A stretch of DNA of 62,967 nucleotides, filler included, from Octopus bimaculoides (Eukaryota), in the NCBI RefSeq assembly GCF_001194135.2. It is 8 parts of 8 records of this genome, joined end to end, with 100 filler letters (N's around TTAATTAATTAA, not from the genome) between each part and the next. Parts side by side here need not be neighbours in the genome. Positions count along the whole stretch, not along the records: positions 1 to 6,341 come from NC_068992.1; positions 6,442 to 19,992 come from NC_068999.1; 6 more parts are not named here. One strand, given 5' to 3'. Made by a program: the position numbers and the translations under genes. The notes below the pieces were generated by a model. That model worked only from the letters and a program-made list of their open reading frames with translations, had not been told where the DNA came from and did no database searches. Numbering within the stretch: position 1 is the stretch's first letter; each line of letters opens with the position of its first letter. Shown piece after piece: positions 1-13,201 of the stretch.

Positions 1-21
1 GAAACCTATCTATCTATCTAC

Positions 22-52
<31 letters not shown>

Positions 53-77
53 CCTATCTATCTATCTATCTATCTAC

Positions 78-132
<55 letters not shown>

Positions 133-133
133 C

Positions 134-189
<56 letters not shown>

Positions 190-200
190 TTACCTACCTA
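1..200. repeat. (CTAT)n tetranucleotide microsatellite
   Basis: Direct tandem CTAT/CTAC units. Confidence 0.95.
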
Positions 201-519
201 ACTATCTAACTATACGTTGGCATTGCTATCGACCGGTGTGTTAAGATTCATTAAAACCCCACGGATGATTTTCTGACAGCTTCCAGTTCTAGATTTAACA
301 GCTGATTGTCATTGTGACTATCTCATCTCACCTCGTATGTCAAGACTATTGTTTATCTCGGTTCCCTAACTACACACATCAATTAACACCTATTCCTCTG
401 TCCAATACTCAAGACATTTTTGTACGTGTGTGCATGTGCGTGAGTGTGTGATGTGTGATGTGTGTGTGCTTGTGTGTGTTTCCTATATTTATATATATTT
501 ATGTTCATATATATTATAT

Positions 520-527
520 CTATGTGT

Positions 528-586
<59 letters not shown>

Positions 587-760
587 TTTGTAAATCTAAG
601 TATATAAATATATAGATGTGTATGCATATGCATACATCTTATATACATGGTGTATATACATATATGCACACACACACACACACACATATATATGCATATA
701 TCATACATATATATTTATATGTACATGTATAACACCCGTGTGAAAACACATTATATATAT

Positions 761-841
<81 letters not shown>

Positions 842-1010
842 ACATATATGTATACATATATATATATATAAATATATGCATATATACATACATATACATA
901 TATATATATATATATTTGCACACGCACCCAGACACACACACGCATTCACACACATACATATATTTATATATACGTGCACATATGCATGTATGTGCGTGTG
1001 TGTCTTATTT
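520..1010. repeat. Compound (TA)n/(CA)n microsatellite
   Basis: Dinucleotide tracts; source of the YIYI/HTHT ORFs. Confidence 0.95.
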
Positions 1011-1219
1011 TGCACATATAATTACTGATTTTCCCCGCAGATTTCCAGTTATTTGAGTGAAATATTTGATACTGTGGAAGAGACTGAATTCACTTTTAGA
1101 ACCCATTAGACGGTTATTTCATACTTCACTGGCTAAATGTCAGAAATGTAACACTTTGGAAAACCAACCATTAAATAGGATAGCTGAACAAAAAATAAAA
1201 TAAAATAAAATTACGCACG

Positions 1220-1272
<53 letters not shown>

Positions 1273-1645
1273 NNNNNNNNNNNNNNNNNNNNNNNNNNNN
1301 NNNNNNNNNNNNNNNNNNNNNNNNNNNNNNNNNNNNNNNNNNNNNNNNNNNNNNNNNNNNNNNNNNNNNNNNNNNNNNNNNNNNNNNNNNNNNNNNNNNN
1401 NNNNNNNNNNNNNNNNNNNNNNNNNNNNNNNNNNNNNNNNNNNNNNNNNNNNNNNNNNNNNNNNNNNNNNNNNNNNNNNNNNNNNNNNNNNNNNNNNNNN
1501 NNNNNNNNNNNNNNNNNNNNNNNNNNNNNNNNNNNNNNNNNNNNNNNNNNNNNNNNNNNNNNNNNNNNNNNNNNNNNNNNNNNNNNNNNNNNNNNNNNNN
1601 NNNNNNNNNNNNNNNNNNNNNNNNNNNNNNNNNNNNNNNNNNNNN

Positions 1646-1952
1646 TGTGAGTGTTTATTGAGCGAAAACACCTAAAGCTCCACGAGGCTCCGGCAGGGGA
1701 TGGTGGCGAACCCTGCTGTACTCTTCCACCACAACTTTCTCTCATGCTTACTTCTTGTTTCTGTTGTGCCTGTGATTCAAAGGGTCAGCCTTGTCACACT
1801 GTGTCACGCTGAATATCCCCGAGAAATTCGTTAAGGGTACACGTGTCTGTGGAGTGCTCAGCCACTTGCACGTTAATTTGACGAGCAGGCTGTTCCGTTG
1901 ATCGGATCAACTGGAACCCTCGACGTCGTAAGCGACGGAGTGCCAACAACAA
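1646..1952 (+). mobile_element. tRNA-derived SINE family A, head hidden in gap
   Basis: Near-identical to 33707-34010 (tgtgagtgtttattgagcgaaaacacc...ggagtgccaacaac); ends in CAA repeats. Confidence 0.85.
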
Positions 1953-2014
1953 AACCTATGGTAAAAAAACAACTTTTCAGGTCTCCAATTTTTTTTTTAT
2001 ATCAATAACTACAC

Positions 2015-2315
2015 ATGAAGGTGTGTGGCATAGTGGTTAGGGGTGTTTGGTTCCCGATCATAAGGTCGTGAGTTCCATACCCAGTGACCTGAGACATTTT
2101 ACGATGCTCCAGTCTACTCAGCTGGCAAATATGAGTAGTACCTGATTTCGAAGGGCCAGCCATGTTACGTTCTGTGCTACGCTAAATCCCCCAGAGAACG
2201 ACGTTAAAGAGTACGTGTGTTTGTGCAGTGCTCAGCCACTCGCACGTTAATTTCACGAATAGGCTGTTCTGTTGATCGGATCAATTGGAACTGTTGTCGT
2301 TGTAGCCGATGGAGT
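2015..2315 (+). mobile_element. Degenerate SINE family A copy
   Basis: A-box-like tggcatagtggtt followed by a body similar to 1780-1950. Confidence 0.7.
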
Positions 2316-2334
2316 GTCAGATTTTTATGAGGCT

Positions 2335-2470
2335 GGTGAGCTGGCACAATCGTTATCACAGCCGGGCAAAAAATGCCTAGCGGCATTTCGTCCGTTCTTT
2401 TGTTCTGAGTTCAAATTCCACTGAGGTCAGTTTTGCCTTTCATTCGTTCGGAGTCGAGAAAATAAGTACA
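2335..2470 (+). mobile_element. SINE family B, partial
   Basis: gagctggca...gttctgagttcaaattcc...gcctttcatt motif shared with 24433, 29665, 40105, 54283. Confidence 0.75.
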
Positions 2471-2471
2471 A

Positions 2472-2815
<344 letters not shown>

Positions 2816-3194
2816 GTTTGTTTGGATAGATGCTAGTCCAGTGGCCTGCTACTCTGGAGTTTCCCCGACGAGTATTCGACTCTTCAGACAGCATAACATG
2901 GAATAGCGATTAATGACACCCAACACTCAAGACATATTCGGTTGACTAACTGTATACCACTAACCTAAGTTATGTTGCAGCTTTGGCGGGGCTCAGCAAG
3001 AAAAAAAAAGAAGGTAAAGCTGTTAAATGCGCAACCATGCACATACATATGCACATACACAAGCACTCACACAATGGCATTTCCCCACCCCGATTCATTC
3101 CGTAACTTGCTGTGAGGTAATTCGCACCCTGGTTATTTGACACTGCGGTTTAAAGCCTTCAGTTACTATTGTTATTGGAAGTCATTTCACTCAG

Positions 3195-3650
3195 CGAAAG
3201 TTGCCTCCTCATACGAAAGTCGCATCACCCTACGAAAATCGCCTCGCCCAACGAGAGTTGCCTCACACTCCGAGAGTTGCCTCACACTCCGAGAGTTGCC
3301 TCACACTCCGAGAGTTGCCTTACATGACACGAGTCGTCTTAACTTACGAGAGTCGTCTTAAGCTAGTGTCAACTCACTCGACAGGAGTCGCTTCATACTA
3401 CAGCAGTGGCCTCAGACTAAGAGATTCACTTTACCATGTGATAGTTACCTCATATTACGCGAGTTGTCTCACATACGAAAGTCACCTCACACTATGAGTA
3501 TCGTCTCACGTTACGATCGTCGCCTTACTCGACGAGATCGCTTCAGCTTACAAAAGCTCATTTTTCAATCGCCGCCTCATCCTACGAGAATCGCCTCACG
3601 TTACGATCGTCGCCTTACTCGTCGAAGTCGCTTCAGCTTACAAAAGCTCA
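3195..3650. repeat. 19-bp-period minisatellite
   Basis: Perfect GAGAGTTGCCTCACACTCC x3.6 at 3253-3320; degenerate units on both sides; multi-unit block duplicated (about 3500-3560 and 3590-3650). Confidence 0.85.
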
Positions 3651-3776
3651 AACCGAACTTCACCCATGTCATTCTCATCAATCTGGTAGAATCTACACAT
3701 ATTATGAGAAGGTGTCAGCTTTTCATTTTCCGATAAAATTAATGAGAAGACATAACTGTGTCACGATGATGAGTCG

Positions 3777-3970
3777 AATACTTATTCTTAATACGTTCGG
3801 TGAGATTCGAACGTAAATATGCTATCCGCTGTTAAGTTTCGTCACAGAAGAGCCTCTCATTTATGAACACACATTCGTCGTAAATGAGATGTTCCCCTGT
3901 GACGAAATACGACAGCGATTAGCATATTTCACGTTCGAATCTCTCCGAACGTATTAAGAACAATAAATAT
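3777..3970. mobile_element. Palindromic MITE-like element
   Basis: About 85-bp imperfect inverted arms (ttcttaatacgttcgg... / ...ccgaacgtattaagaa) around a short loop. Confidence 0.7.
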
Positions 3971-4504
3971 GCAAGCCATCGGTTTTGATTCTCGCCGTTC
4001 ACTGTGCATATGACGATTTATATCTGCGACATTTTCTTGATTATCCCAACTCATGTATCTCAGATGAGATCAAACGATCTCATCACAACCATCATTCCAA
4101 TACGTTACATTTACGTGCTTATAATAAGCAATTTCGAAGACATCTCACATCTCTCCATTTTTCTTTATCGACGTCCAGTCTCCTCCTCCCTTCCCCCTTA
4201 TCGGTTTCATTTTGTATTCTCGTAACTCTTATAAAACTACCGCGACTATCACCCCACCGCCACCATTACAAGAACAACAACAAGAGCGGTAGAAACAGCT
4301 GCAACAGCAACAGCAGCGACAATACAGGCACCACAAGGACGACCACCGCCACAGCCGGGCTATGACTACCACGACAACGATGACGACGGTGATACTGTCC
4401 AACACTACAACCACCACCACCACCACCACCACCACCACCAATACCATAAAAACTCCACGAACACCGTCTATGCAATGTAACTCCACGAACGACGACCACC
4501 ACAA

Positions 4505-4505
4505 C

Positions 4506-4544
<39 letters not shown>

Positions 4545-4767
4545 NNNNNNNNNNNNNNNNNNNNNNNNNNNNNNNNNNNNNNNNNNNNNNNNNNNNNNNN
4601 NNNNNNNNNNNNNNNNNNNNNNNNNNNNNNNNNNNNNNNNNNNGACGACGGTGATACTGTCCAACACTACAACCACCACCACCACCACCACCACCACCAC
4701 CAATACCATAAAAACTCCACGAACACCGTCTATGCAATGTAACTCCACGAACGACGACCACCACAAC

Positions 4768-4821
<54 letters not shown>

Positions 4822-4941
4822 GTCTGTGAGTCTGTGTGTCTGTCTGTCTGTGTGTCTGCCTGTCTGTCTGCCTGTCTGCCTGTCTAACTCCACAACGACG
4901 ACCACCACAACCTATCTATCTATCTATCTATCCATCTATCC

Positions 4942-4973
<32 letters not shown>

Positions 4974-4984
4974 GTCTGTCTGTG

Positions 4985-5029
<45 letters not shown>

Positions 5030-5096
5030 GCCTGTCTGTCTGTCTGTCTGTCTATCTCCCGGTATGTCTGTCTGTCAGTCTGTCTTTCTATAAATT

Positions 5097-5129
<33 letters not shown>

Positions 5130-5153
5130 ATCCATCTGTTTATCGAGCTGTTT

Positions 5154-5238
<85 letters not shown>

Positions 5239-5239
5239 C

Positions 5240-5288
<49 letters not shown>

Positions 5289-5370
5289 CATGTATTATTA
5301 TATCTATCTGCCTCTCTGCTTGTCTGTCTGTCTCTCTGTCTGCCTGCCTGTCTGACTGTCTGTGCATCTG
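4505..5370. repeat. Compound (CTAT)/(CTGT)/(TCAA) microsatellite region
   Basis: Tandem tetranucleotide tracts. Confidence 0.9.
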
Positions 5371-5669
5371 ACTGTCTGTTTCCTTATCTATATATAACCA
5401 CCTTCTTCCCCCTTTCTTTCTTTTTTATTCATTCCTTCATCCATTTTTTCTCAATTTTTCCCCTTCTTTCCTTTCTTCTTCCTTTTTACAGTTCTTCATT
5501 CATTTCTTTCTTCCTTCTACTGAGTGTATATTTCTTTCTTCTTACTTCTTCTATATTCATTTATTCTTTCTTTCTGTCGCCTTTTCTACCTTCACACAAT
5601 TTCAAATTTTCCTTCTTTTTCTCTTTTCTCTTGTTTTCTATCTTCATTCCTTTTCTATTCAAATTACAT

Positions 5670-5670
5670 T

Positions 5671-5764
<94 letters not shown>

Positions 5765-5800
5765 TTTCTTTCTTTCTTTCTTTCTTCCTTCCTTCCTTCA
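5670..5800. repeat. (TTTC)n microsatellite
   Basis: Direct tandem units. Confidence 0.95.
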
Positions 5801-6253
5801 TCTCTTCCTTACCTACTTACCTTATAACCACTTAAATCACACTCACAATTTTTTTTCTTCTTCTTCTTCAAAAAAATCATTTTGGTCGCTTTAAACTTAC
5901 ACAACTCTATTTTTCTTTTCTTTTATCTTTCAATTTCTAGACTCCTTCAAATTCGTCTGATTATTTCCAAGATATTCTCCAATTTTCACTCGGAAATTTC
6001 TAAATTCCGTCACATCTCTGAATTTTTTCTTCTTCCACCTATTATCGATGTCTTATTTACCCATCTATCACAGCTCCATTCCCCCGTATCATTATCCATT
6101 GCATTCATAATGAAATTCATTCAAAGACTTTGAAACGTTCACACATCTTTTACATGTTTTAGCTACATAGCATTAACTATATATACACAAATACATATAC
6201 ATACATATATATATAGATATATACATACACATACATACATATACATATATACA

Positions 6254-6295
<42 letters not shown>

Positions 6296-6307
6296 TATAT
6301 ATATACA

Positions 6308-6341
<34 letters not shown>

Positions 6342-6441
6342 NNNNNNNNNNNNNNNNNNNNNNNNNNNNNNNNNNNNNNNNNNNNTTAATTAATTAANNN
6401 NNNNNNNNNNNNNNNNNNNNNNNNNNNNNNNNNNNNNNNNN
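6342..6441. other. Artificial scaffold-joining spacer 44N-TTAATTAATTAA-44N
   Basis: Same 12-mer inside N runs at 6386, 20037, 21582, 44936, 52107, 54184, 59090; it places stops in all six frames. Confidence 0.95.
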
Positions 6442-6596
6442 GCCGCTGCCGCCGCCGCCACCTAGTTGACTGTTCACTTCACACACATACACCATGCAGA
6501 ATGTACTATCTTATCGCTTTCGTACAAATTACGATATAGATCTATATCAAGTCAATTAATTACTCTGGTAAGACACCTACATGTGTGTGTGTCAAT

Positions 6597-6659
<63 letters not shown>

Positions 6660-8797
6660 TATAATTATTATTATTATCATCATCATTGTTATTATTATTA
6701 TTGTATATAATATTCAGATAATAAAACTAAGAACTTCTTTAACACATCTTTCGTTACATTTGTTTTTTTTACCAACTCTGCTTACAACGTCAGTTTACGC
6801 AAAAAATTGAAGTGAAAATTTTGCTTAATGTTTGCACTTTTAGACATTAGAGTGACACTTCATGAGGTTTGTATATAAGCTAAAAATAACTATGTCTGGA
6901 AAACGCACAATGAGAAAGCGAACATTTGATGCAAGTCTGGGGAAATGTCACTCTAATGTCTAAAAACTGCAAACATTACGTAAATTTTCACGTCGAATTT
7001 TTGGGCTAATTGGTGTTGTAAGCAGAGTTGGTACAGAAACAATTATAACGAATCATTAAAGATGTGAAGGAGAATTTCTTTGTTTTGTCTTTTTATTTGG
7101 ATTATTATTTACTCTTCGCCAAACCCACACAACGGTGTTACCGTCCCAAAACCAGAATTTTCTGCCCTTGAAGAATTTTGAAATTGGTCTGGAACCCGAC
7201 ATACTAATGAAGGTTGAAGCCCAATAGTAGATGAACAACTGAATGACATAATCATTAATGGTATGCTTTTTAATTCTTTTTTTATTCTATATCCGTTTCT
7301 CTCGCTTACTGTTATTTTCTGTAATTTTTGGTGGTTTTTGGTGGTGGAATTGGGATTTTTACTCCTATCTCTAAACATGTTGATGTCTTGTGTGTTCTTA
7401 TACTTCATGCTAATCTTTAATTTTATGACTCTTTAATGCTATTAAACCTGGATTACCACCTATATTACTGTTGTTATTATCAATTACAAATATTCACTAC
7501 AGATAATATTACCAATAGTAAGCATTCGAATGTTTGCTCATATATATATATATANNNNNNNNNNNNNNNNNNNNNNNNNNNNNNNNNNNNNNNNNNNNNN
7601 NNNNNNNNNNNNNNNNNNNNNNNNNNNNNNNNNNNNNNNNNNNNNNNNNNNNNNNNNNNNNNNNNNNNNNNNNNNNNNNNNNNNNNNNNNNNNNNNNNNN
7701 NNNNNNNNNNNNNNNNNNNNNNNNNNNNNNNNNNNNNNNNNNNNNNNNNNNNNNNNNNNNNNNNNNNNNNNNNNNNNNNNNNNNNNNNNNNNNNNNNNNN
7801 NNNNNNNNNNNNNNNNNNNNNNNNNNNNNNNNNNNNNNNNNNNNNNNNNNNNNNNNNNNNNNNNNNNNNNNNNNNNNNNNNNNNNNNNNNNNNNNNNNNN
7901 NNNNNNNNNNNNNNNNNNNNNNNNNNNNNNNNNNNNNNNNNNNNNNNNNNNNNNNNNNNNNNNNNNNNNNNNNNNNNNNNNNNNNNNNNNNNNNNNNNNN
8001 NNNNNNNNNNNNNNNNNNNNNNNNNNNNNNNNNNNNNNNNNNNNNNNNNNNNNNNNNNNNNNNNNNNNNNNNNNNNNNNNNNNNNNNNNNNNNNNNNNNN
8101 NNNNNNNNNNNNNNNNNNNNNNNNNNNNNNNNNNNNNNNNNNNNNNNNNNNNNNNNNNNNNNNNNNNNNNNNNNNNNNNNNNNNNNNNNNNNNNNNNNNN
8201 NNTATTATTATTAAGGTGGCTATTCGCAATTTAGAACCGATAAGCAACAAGTATAGTCGTCACCAAAGTGTTGGTGGGTTCTAGTGAGCATACACTCCCC
8301 TACCTGTGAATAACATCTCACCCCCGCCGATTCTCTCACTTTCCGTCCACAAAGCCTTCATCACTATTTATTTCCTCGCACCGATGCCTGACTGGAAGTC
8401 AGTTGATCGTCTGTACAATGAGGGGTGGTGGTCGGAAAAGGAAATCCTTTCGTTTATATCTGATTTATGCGACAAATCTGTCAGCTTTTACACTCCTTAT
8501 CTTCCCATCAATATCCCCACCCACCCTTTTCTACATCCTCGCCCATTTTATACACCCGATCCGCTCTTTATCTTATTTCATTTCATTTTAGTATTTGTTT
8601 TATCTTTGCTTCTTTTCCAGTGGATTAAATTTTGTTATTTTGTTTTGTATGTTTTTGTTGTACTTGGTCTTTTTGTTAGTCTTTTTGTATGCTTGAAAAT
8701 GGAAAACTGAAATAAATAAATAATTAAATAACGAACCAAATAAATAAGTAAAGGAATAAATAACAAGATGGTTGCTTTTTTGTTATCATCATCATCA

Positions 8798-8834
<37 letters not shown>

Positions 8835-9524
8835 CGTTAATCGTAGGTGAGTGATTATTTTGTGGAGTAAGGCTAAAAGCACGTTCATTAATCACGGGAG
8901 ATTTTCATTAAAGAGACGCCATTTTGAATGATAGAGCGATAGAAAGAATGTGTACTTGGGAGAAAGAGGGGAAAGAAAGAGTGAGAGAGAGAAAGACTGA
9001 GAGAGGAAGCTAGAGAAAGAGATACATGCACATCCATACGTGTGTGTGTGGGTGTATGTATATATGTAACGTATGTATATATAGGTATAAATGTTCGAAG
9101 CGAATGTATGTATCTATGTATGTGTATATATATATGTGTGTGTGTGTGTGTGAGTGTGGAGAGAGAGAGAGAAAGAGAAAGAGAGAGAATAAGAGAGAGG
9201 AATGAAGGAAAACTTTGACAGGAGAATAATGACACTTAATTTGAGGGGCTTATAGAGCAATAAGTCACAAGTGTATTGTTTGACTTTGCATCTGTGTGTG
9301 TGTGTGTAGGAGGGGGAGGGGGCTGCGTGCGTGTGCAGATAATAGATACACGTGCTTCACAAAATGCATCACTATTTATCTAATCTAATATATTAGCCAG
9401 TTTTAGAGATGTTAAAAAAAATAAATTAAAAATAAACAAAATTAAAAATTAATTACAACTGTGACAACGATGTCTGACAGAATCAAAAAAATTGGATACA
9501 TCTTAAAGAGTACATATACATACA

Positions 9525-9555
<31 letters not shown>

Positions 9556-10519
9556 GGAAGCATATTATGCTCCTAGGATACAGGCAATAACAAAATAATC
9601 AAGAGTTTATTAAGAATCAAATTTAAATTAAGCAAAAAATAGAGAAATCTTGATCAACAACAAATGACTACCATCGATTATTATTGTTTAATACAAAACT
9701 TTATCCCATCTAACAGCCGTTTCTGCTTCCAATGTCCCACAGTGTTGCCAAAGAAAATTCTGAGAATAATATTCGTCATATTTTATAACACATCCGATCT
9801 GGAACATGGAGATTCATCAGAGTGAGGAAAAATACATAAAATAAAAGAACAGATAAGAAAAAGAGCCTGGAGAGGAGGAATGAAGGTTTACGATATTCGA
9901 ATCATACCATGTGTAACGCTTCAGGCCGTTGAGTAAATGACAAAACTAAAAATATTAATTGGTAGGTTAATCTTTCTTTAGGGGTAACGGGGTTTATAAA
10001 TAATAAAAAGTAAAATAAGTGCTTTAGTATAACGGGATACGCCAATAGGTTTAGAAAAAGAGGGAGCGATAGTGCCATAATGTTTAGAAGTAATCATAAT
10101 AGTTCTTAAGATTACGCAAATAGTACTAATTAATATTTATCCAAATAACATGCTCATAAATTCATTACATTTATTTACTTACTGATATATTGTAAAGACC
10201 AACTACCTATTGTCCGCAATGGAATTGACCAAAGTTCAGTCATCAAGAAAGATTAGTAAATCAAAAGCAATTATGATGATTGCTGTCATAAAGATGGTAG
10301 TTATAATTATTAATGAAAAAATTGCTCATTTACATAATTAAACCGGAAAGAGTTTGCATACAAGCACCTACTTAACGATATATTATTCTTTAAGCAAACT
10401 CTACTCGCTCTAATCATTATTCTGTAACATTTCATTCGACTCTTTTAGAAATTATTTCTATGTTTCTGTTCATTGCCATAAACCAGACATTATACATGCA
10501 TTCTCCGGAGAAATAAAAG

Positions 10520-11105
10520 ACAGCAGCAAAAATTAATGAAAGCACTCGAAGATTTCAAAGAAATACCAGGAAGGTTGTTACTAGCAGACAAGACTGATAA
10601 TCTTCACTTTGTGAAAACAAAACTATATTAGGAATTAATTTGGGAAAACCTATGTAATAAGTACAAACATGCAATTACGGAGCCGTATGGCCCCAGAAAA
10701 CCTAGGATAAATTTAAAAGATCATAAAAATAATTTTGATAGTGACCCTAAAGATTGGGTGGGGTGGTCTATATTGGGTCGACACTCTCTTCATACTAGAT
10801 CGATGTAGTAAGGTTGAAATGAAGAGACATAGAAAACAACTTCAAATTCTTACTATTGAAAATAATTAGCGGAATGTAAATTTTCTGGATGCAACTTTTA
10901 GTTTAGATACAGAATTATTTGAACCATTCCACAAGCGAAATGGGAGCCTGAGGTATATTAATCACCTACATTCTATAAAAGAAGGACTAGTAAAAAATAT
11001 ATCTAATCGAATGTCAAAACTATCAGTGAATGAAGCAATTTTTAACGCATCGTATTATAATGTGGCATTAGCCAAGGCTGGATATACAGAAAAAATAAAA
11101 TATAT
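10520..11105 (+). mobile_element. Degenerate Penelope-like element RT fragment with internal deletion
   Basis: Translates to LLLADKTDNLHF, INLKDHKNNF, then VNFLDATFSL..FEPFHKRN...ISNRMSKLSVNEAIFN..YYNVALAKAGYTEKIKY; resembles Penelope-like (Naiad/Chlamys-type) RT flanks as recalled; stops and frameshifts present. Confidence 0.7.
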
Positions 11106-12792
11106 TTTTTATGATGGTGTAATTCTGCTAGCCACGATACTAAGAGAATTAAATCTTACATAAAGACACACTGTTGTAAACACAAGGGAGACGGTCAGAA
11201 TAAAATACGAATAAGAATAAAAAGATACTAAAAATAAAATAAGTGAAAATAAGGAACACCAAAATATGAAGTATAAGCAAAAGCCATTAGATAGTGAGAA
11301 TTCTTCCACATTGTATGTTAGCTGCAAGAGATCGAACAAAAAGTGTAAGTGGCCGGAAGTTCTGTATGTATACTTTGCTTAATGTCAAACGAATGAGAAA
11401 TGAATATTTTAGAGTTTTTTTTCTTTTAAAACTGAAATTGAGAGTTTATCTCGTGACTCGAATTTACATATACACACACATATACACACATACACACACA
11501 CGCACACACACGCATGTATGTATATGCTTGTGCGTGCTTGTGTTTGTTGTTCTTAGCTTGGTTTGCTTATGTCCTTGTAACCTAGCAGTTCGAAAAAGAG
11601 ACCCGACATAAGTATCAGACTTAAAAATAATTACGGAGGTCGATTCTCCGATTAAATTCTATTGCTGGGGCAGATGCTGCCCCAGCATGGCCATAGTATG
11701 GCAGCTGGTCGCAGCGTGGTGGAATGGTTAAAAGTTCGCTTTGCAGTCGCGACGTCCAAGGTTCCATTCTGCCTCAGAGCGACTGAGGCGTTTTGTTTTT
11801 AACTGTTTCTGATCGATGGAAGCCTTGTGGATGAAATTACAGGGGCGGATATCGTGCGGAAGCTTGTTCAATGGATTGCATCCGTAATTGAAAGCACAGC
11901 CTTGTCACACACGGTCTCACGCTGAATCAGCCACTAACGCAATAATTCAATATGCATGGGGATGGGGAGGTCACGTGACTGAAAAGTAAAAATAAAATGT
12001 CAAGAGTCATCCTCGAAATTGACGTGGATCCACCTCTTGTGTTTGCCGCCGCCGCCGCCGCTGTTCTTTCTATTGCCTTTCGAGTTATTGACATCTGATG
12101 TTGTTATGTTGATGTGACACCTGTTGTTGCTAATGCTGCGAGATGGCACGACAGTTGATAGCGTTGTTGCGATTGCTTCTGTTGCGATGCAGCTGTAAAC
12201 TGATGTTGATATGTGCTATGGTCATTGCTTGCTTGTTGTTGTTGTTGTTGTCCCTTTAACTGACACTACTGCTCCTACTGCTGTTGGTAGCAGTACTGTT
12301 GTATGACTACCGCTGTCATATACACTCCTCCTCCTCCTCCTACTACTACTCTTTTTTCTCTCTCTTCTACTTTAGGCTTCATCTCCTCCCTCTCTGCTAC
12401 CACCTCCATCACAACACCCCTTCCATCTCCTCCCACTATCTCTCAATCACAATCCCTGCAACCTTCTCCTTCGCATCATCTCCTCCCTCCCCATGTAACT
12501 CCTACCTCTCCCACCGCTACTTCTGTTCCATTTCCCCCCTTTCCTCGTCAAGATGTTGGACAACTTTTCAAGCATAAAAAACCATCTGACTGTATAATTA
12601 CGAATCTCGCTTTACAACCCTCGTGTTTCAGGTTCAGTTCCACTGCACAGCACATTGACCAAGGGTCTTTTACAGCAGCCCCGGCTCGTCTAACACTTTG
12701 TGAGTGAATTTGGAAAGACGGAAACTGCGTGGAACTCCGTCGTGTGTACACACACACACAAACACACACACACACACGCACACACACACACG

Positions 12793-12834
<42 letters not shown>

Positions 12835-12889
12835 CATACATACATACACGCGCGTACACACACATACACACATATATATATATATGTAC

Positions 12890-12920
<31 letters not shown>

Positions 12921-13072
12921 TATACACATACACATATATATACGTTCACATGTATATATACACACACACACACACATATATACATATACGCATACACATG
13001 TATATGTATGTATATATATGTATATACATACCGATACTAACCGTTAGCCATACTGCAGAATATCAGTATTAC

Positions 13073-13201
13073 CTGTGCATGAGATAATTGTACCACCAGT
13101 CGGCGCTTCACCCGAGTTTGCATCCGTAGCTGCCGTACTGGCCGCGGCGCCCTCAACCTCGACCGGCGATTGCGTAACCTGCAATGTTTGATCCAAGAAG
13201 G
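13073..13201 (-). CDS. Candidate isolated coding exon, product unknown
   Basis: TTGTCTCAG acceptor, GTAATA donor, 129 nt, phase 1-1, open frame (FLDQTLQVTQSPVEVEGAAASTAATDANSGEAPTGGTIISCT), GC-rich island; no homology recognised. Confidence 0.3.

Noticed and set aside
383-1015. Many ORFs of the YIYI/HTHT/CVCV/LSIY type here and across the window
   Set aside because: Translations of microsatellites; no coding signal.
4384-4810. Exact duplication of about 160 bp flanking the gap 4545-4643
   Set aside because: Identical sequence on both sides of a placeholder gap indicates unmerged contig overlap.
7109-7260. Possible minus-strand exon (cag acceptor, GTAAAT donor)
   Set aside because: Two open frames, no recognisable product, no linked exon.
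7436-8284. Long ORFs containing X runs (also 18350, 25312, 35044, 50489, 52456)
   Set aside because: Open only because N gaps contain no stops.
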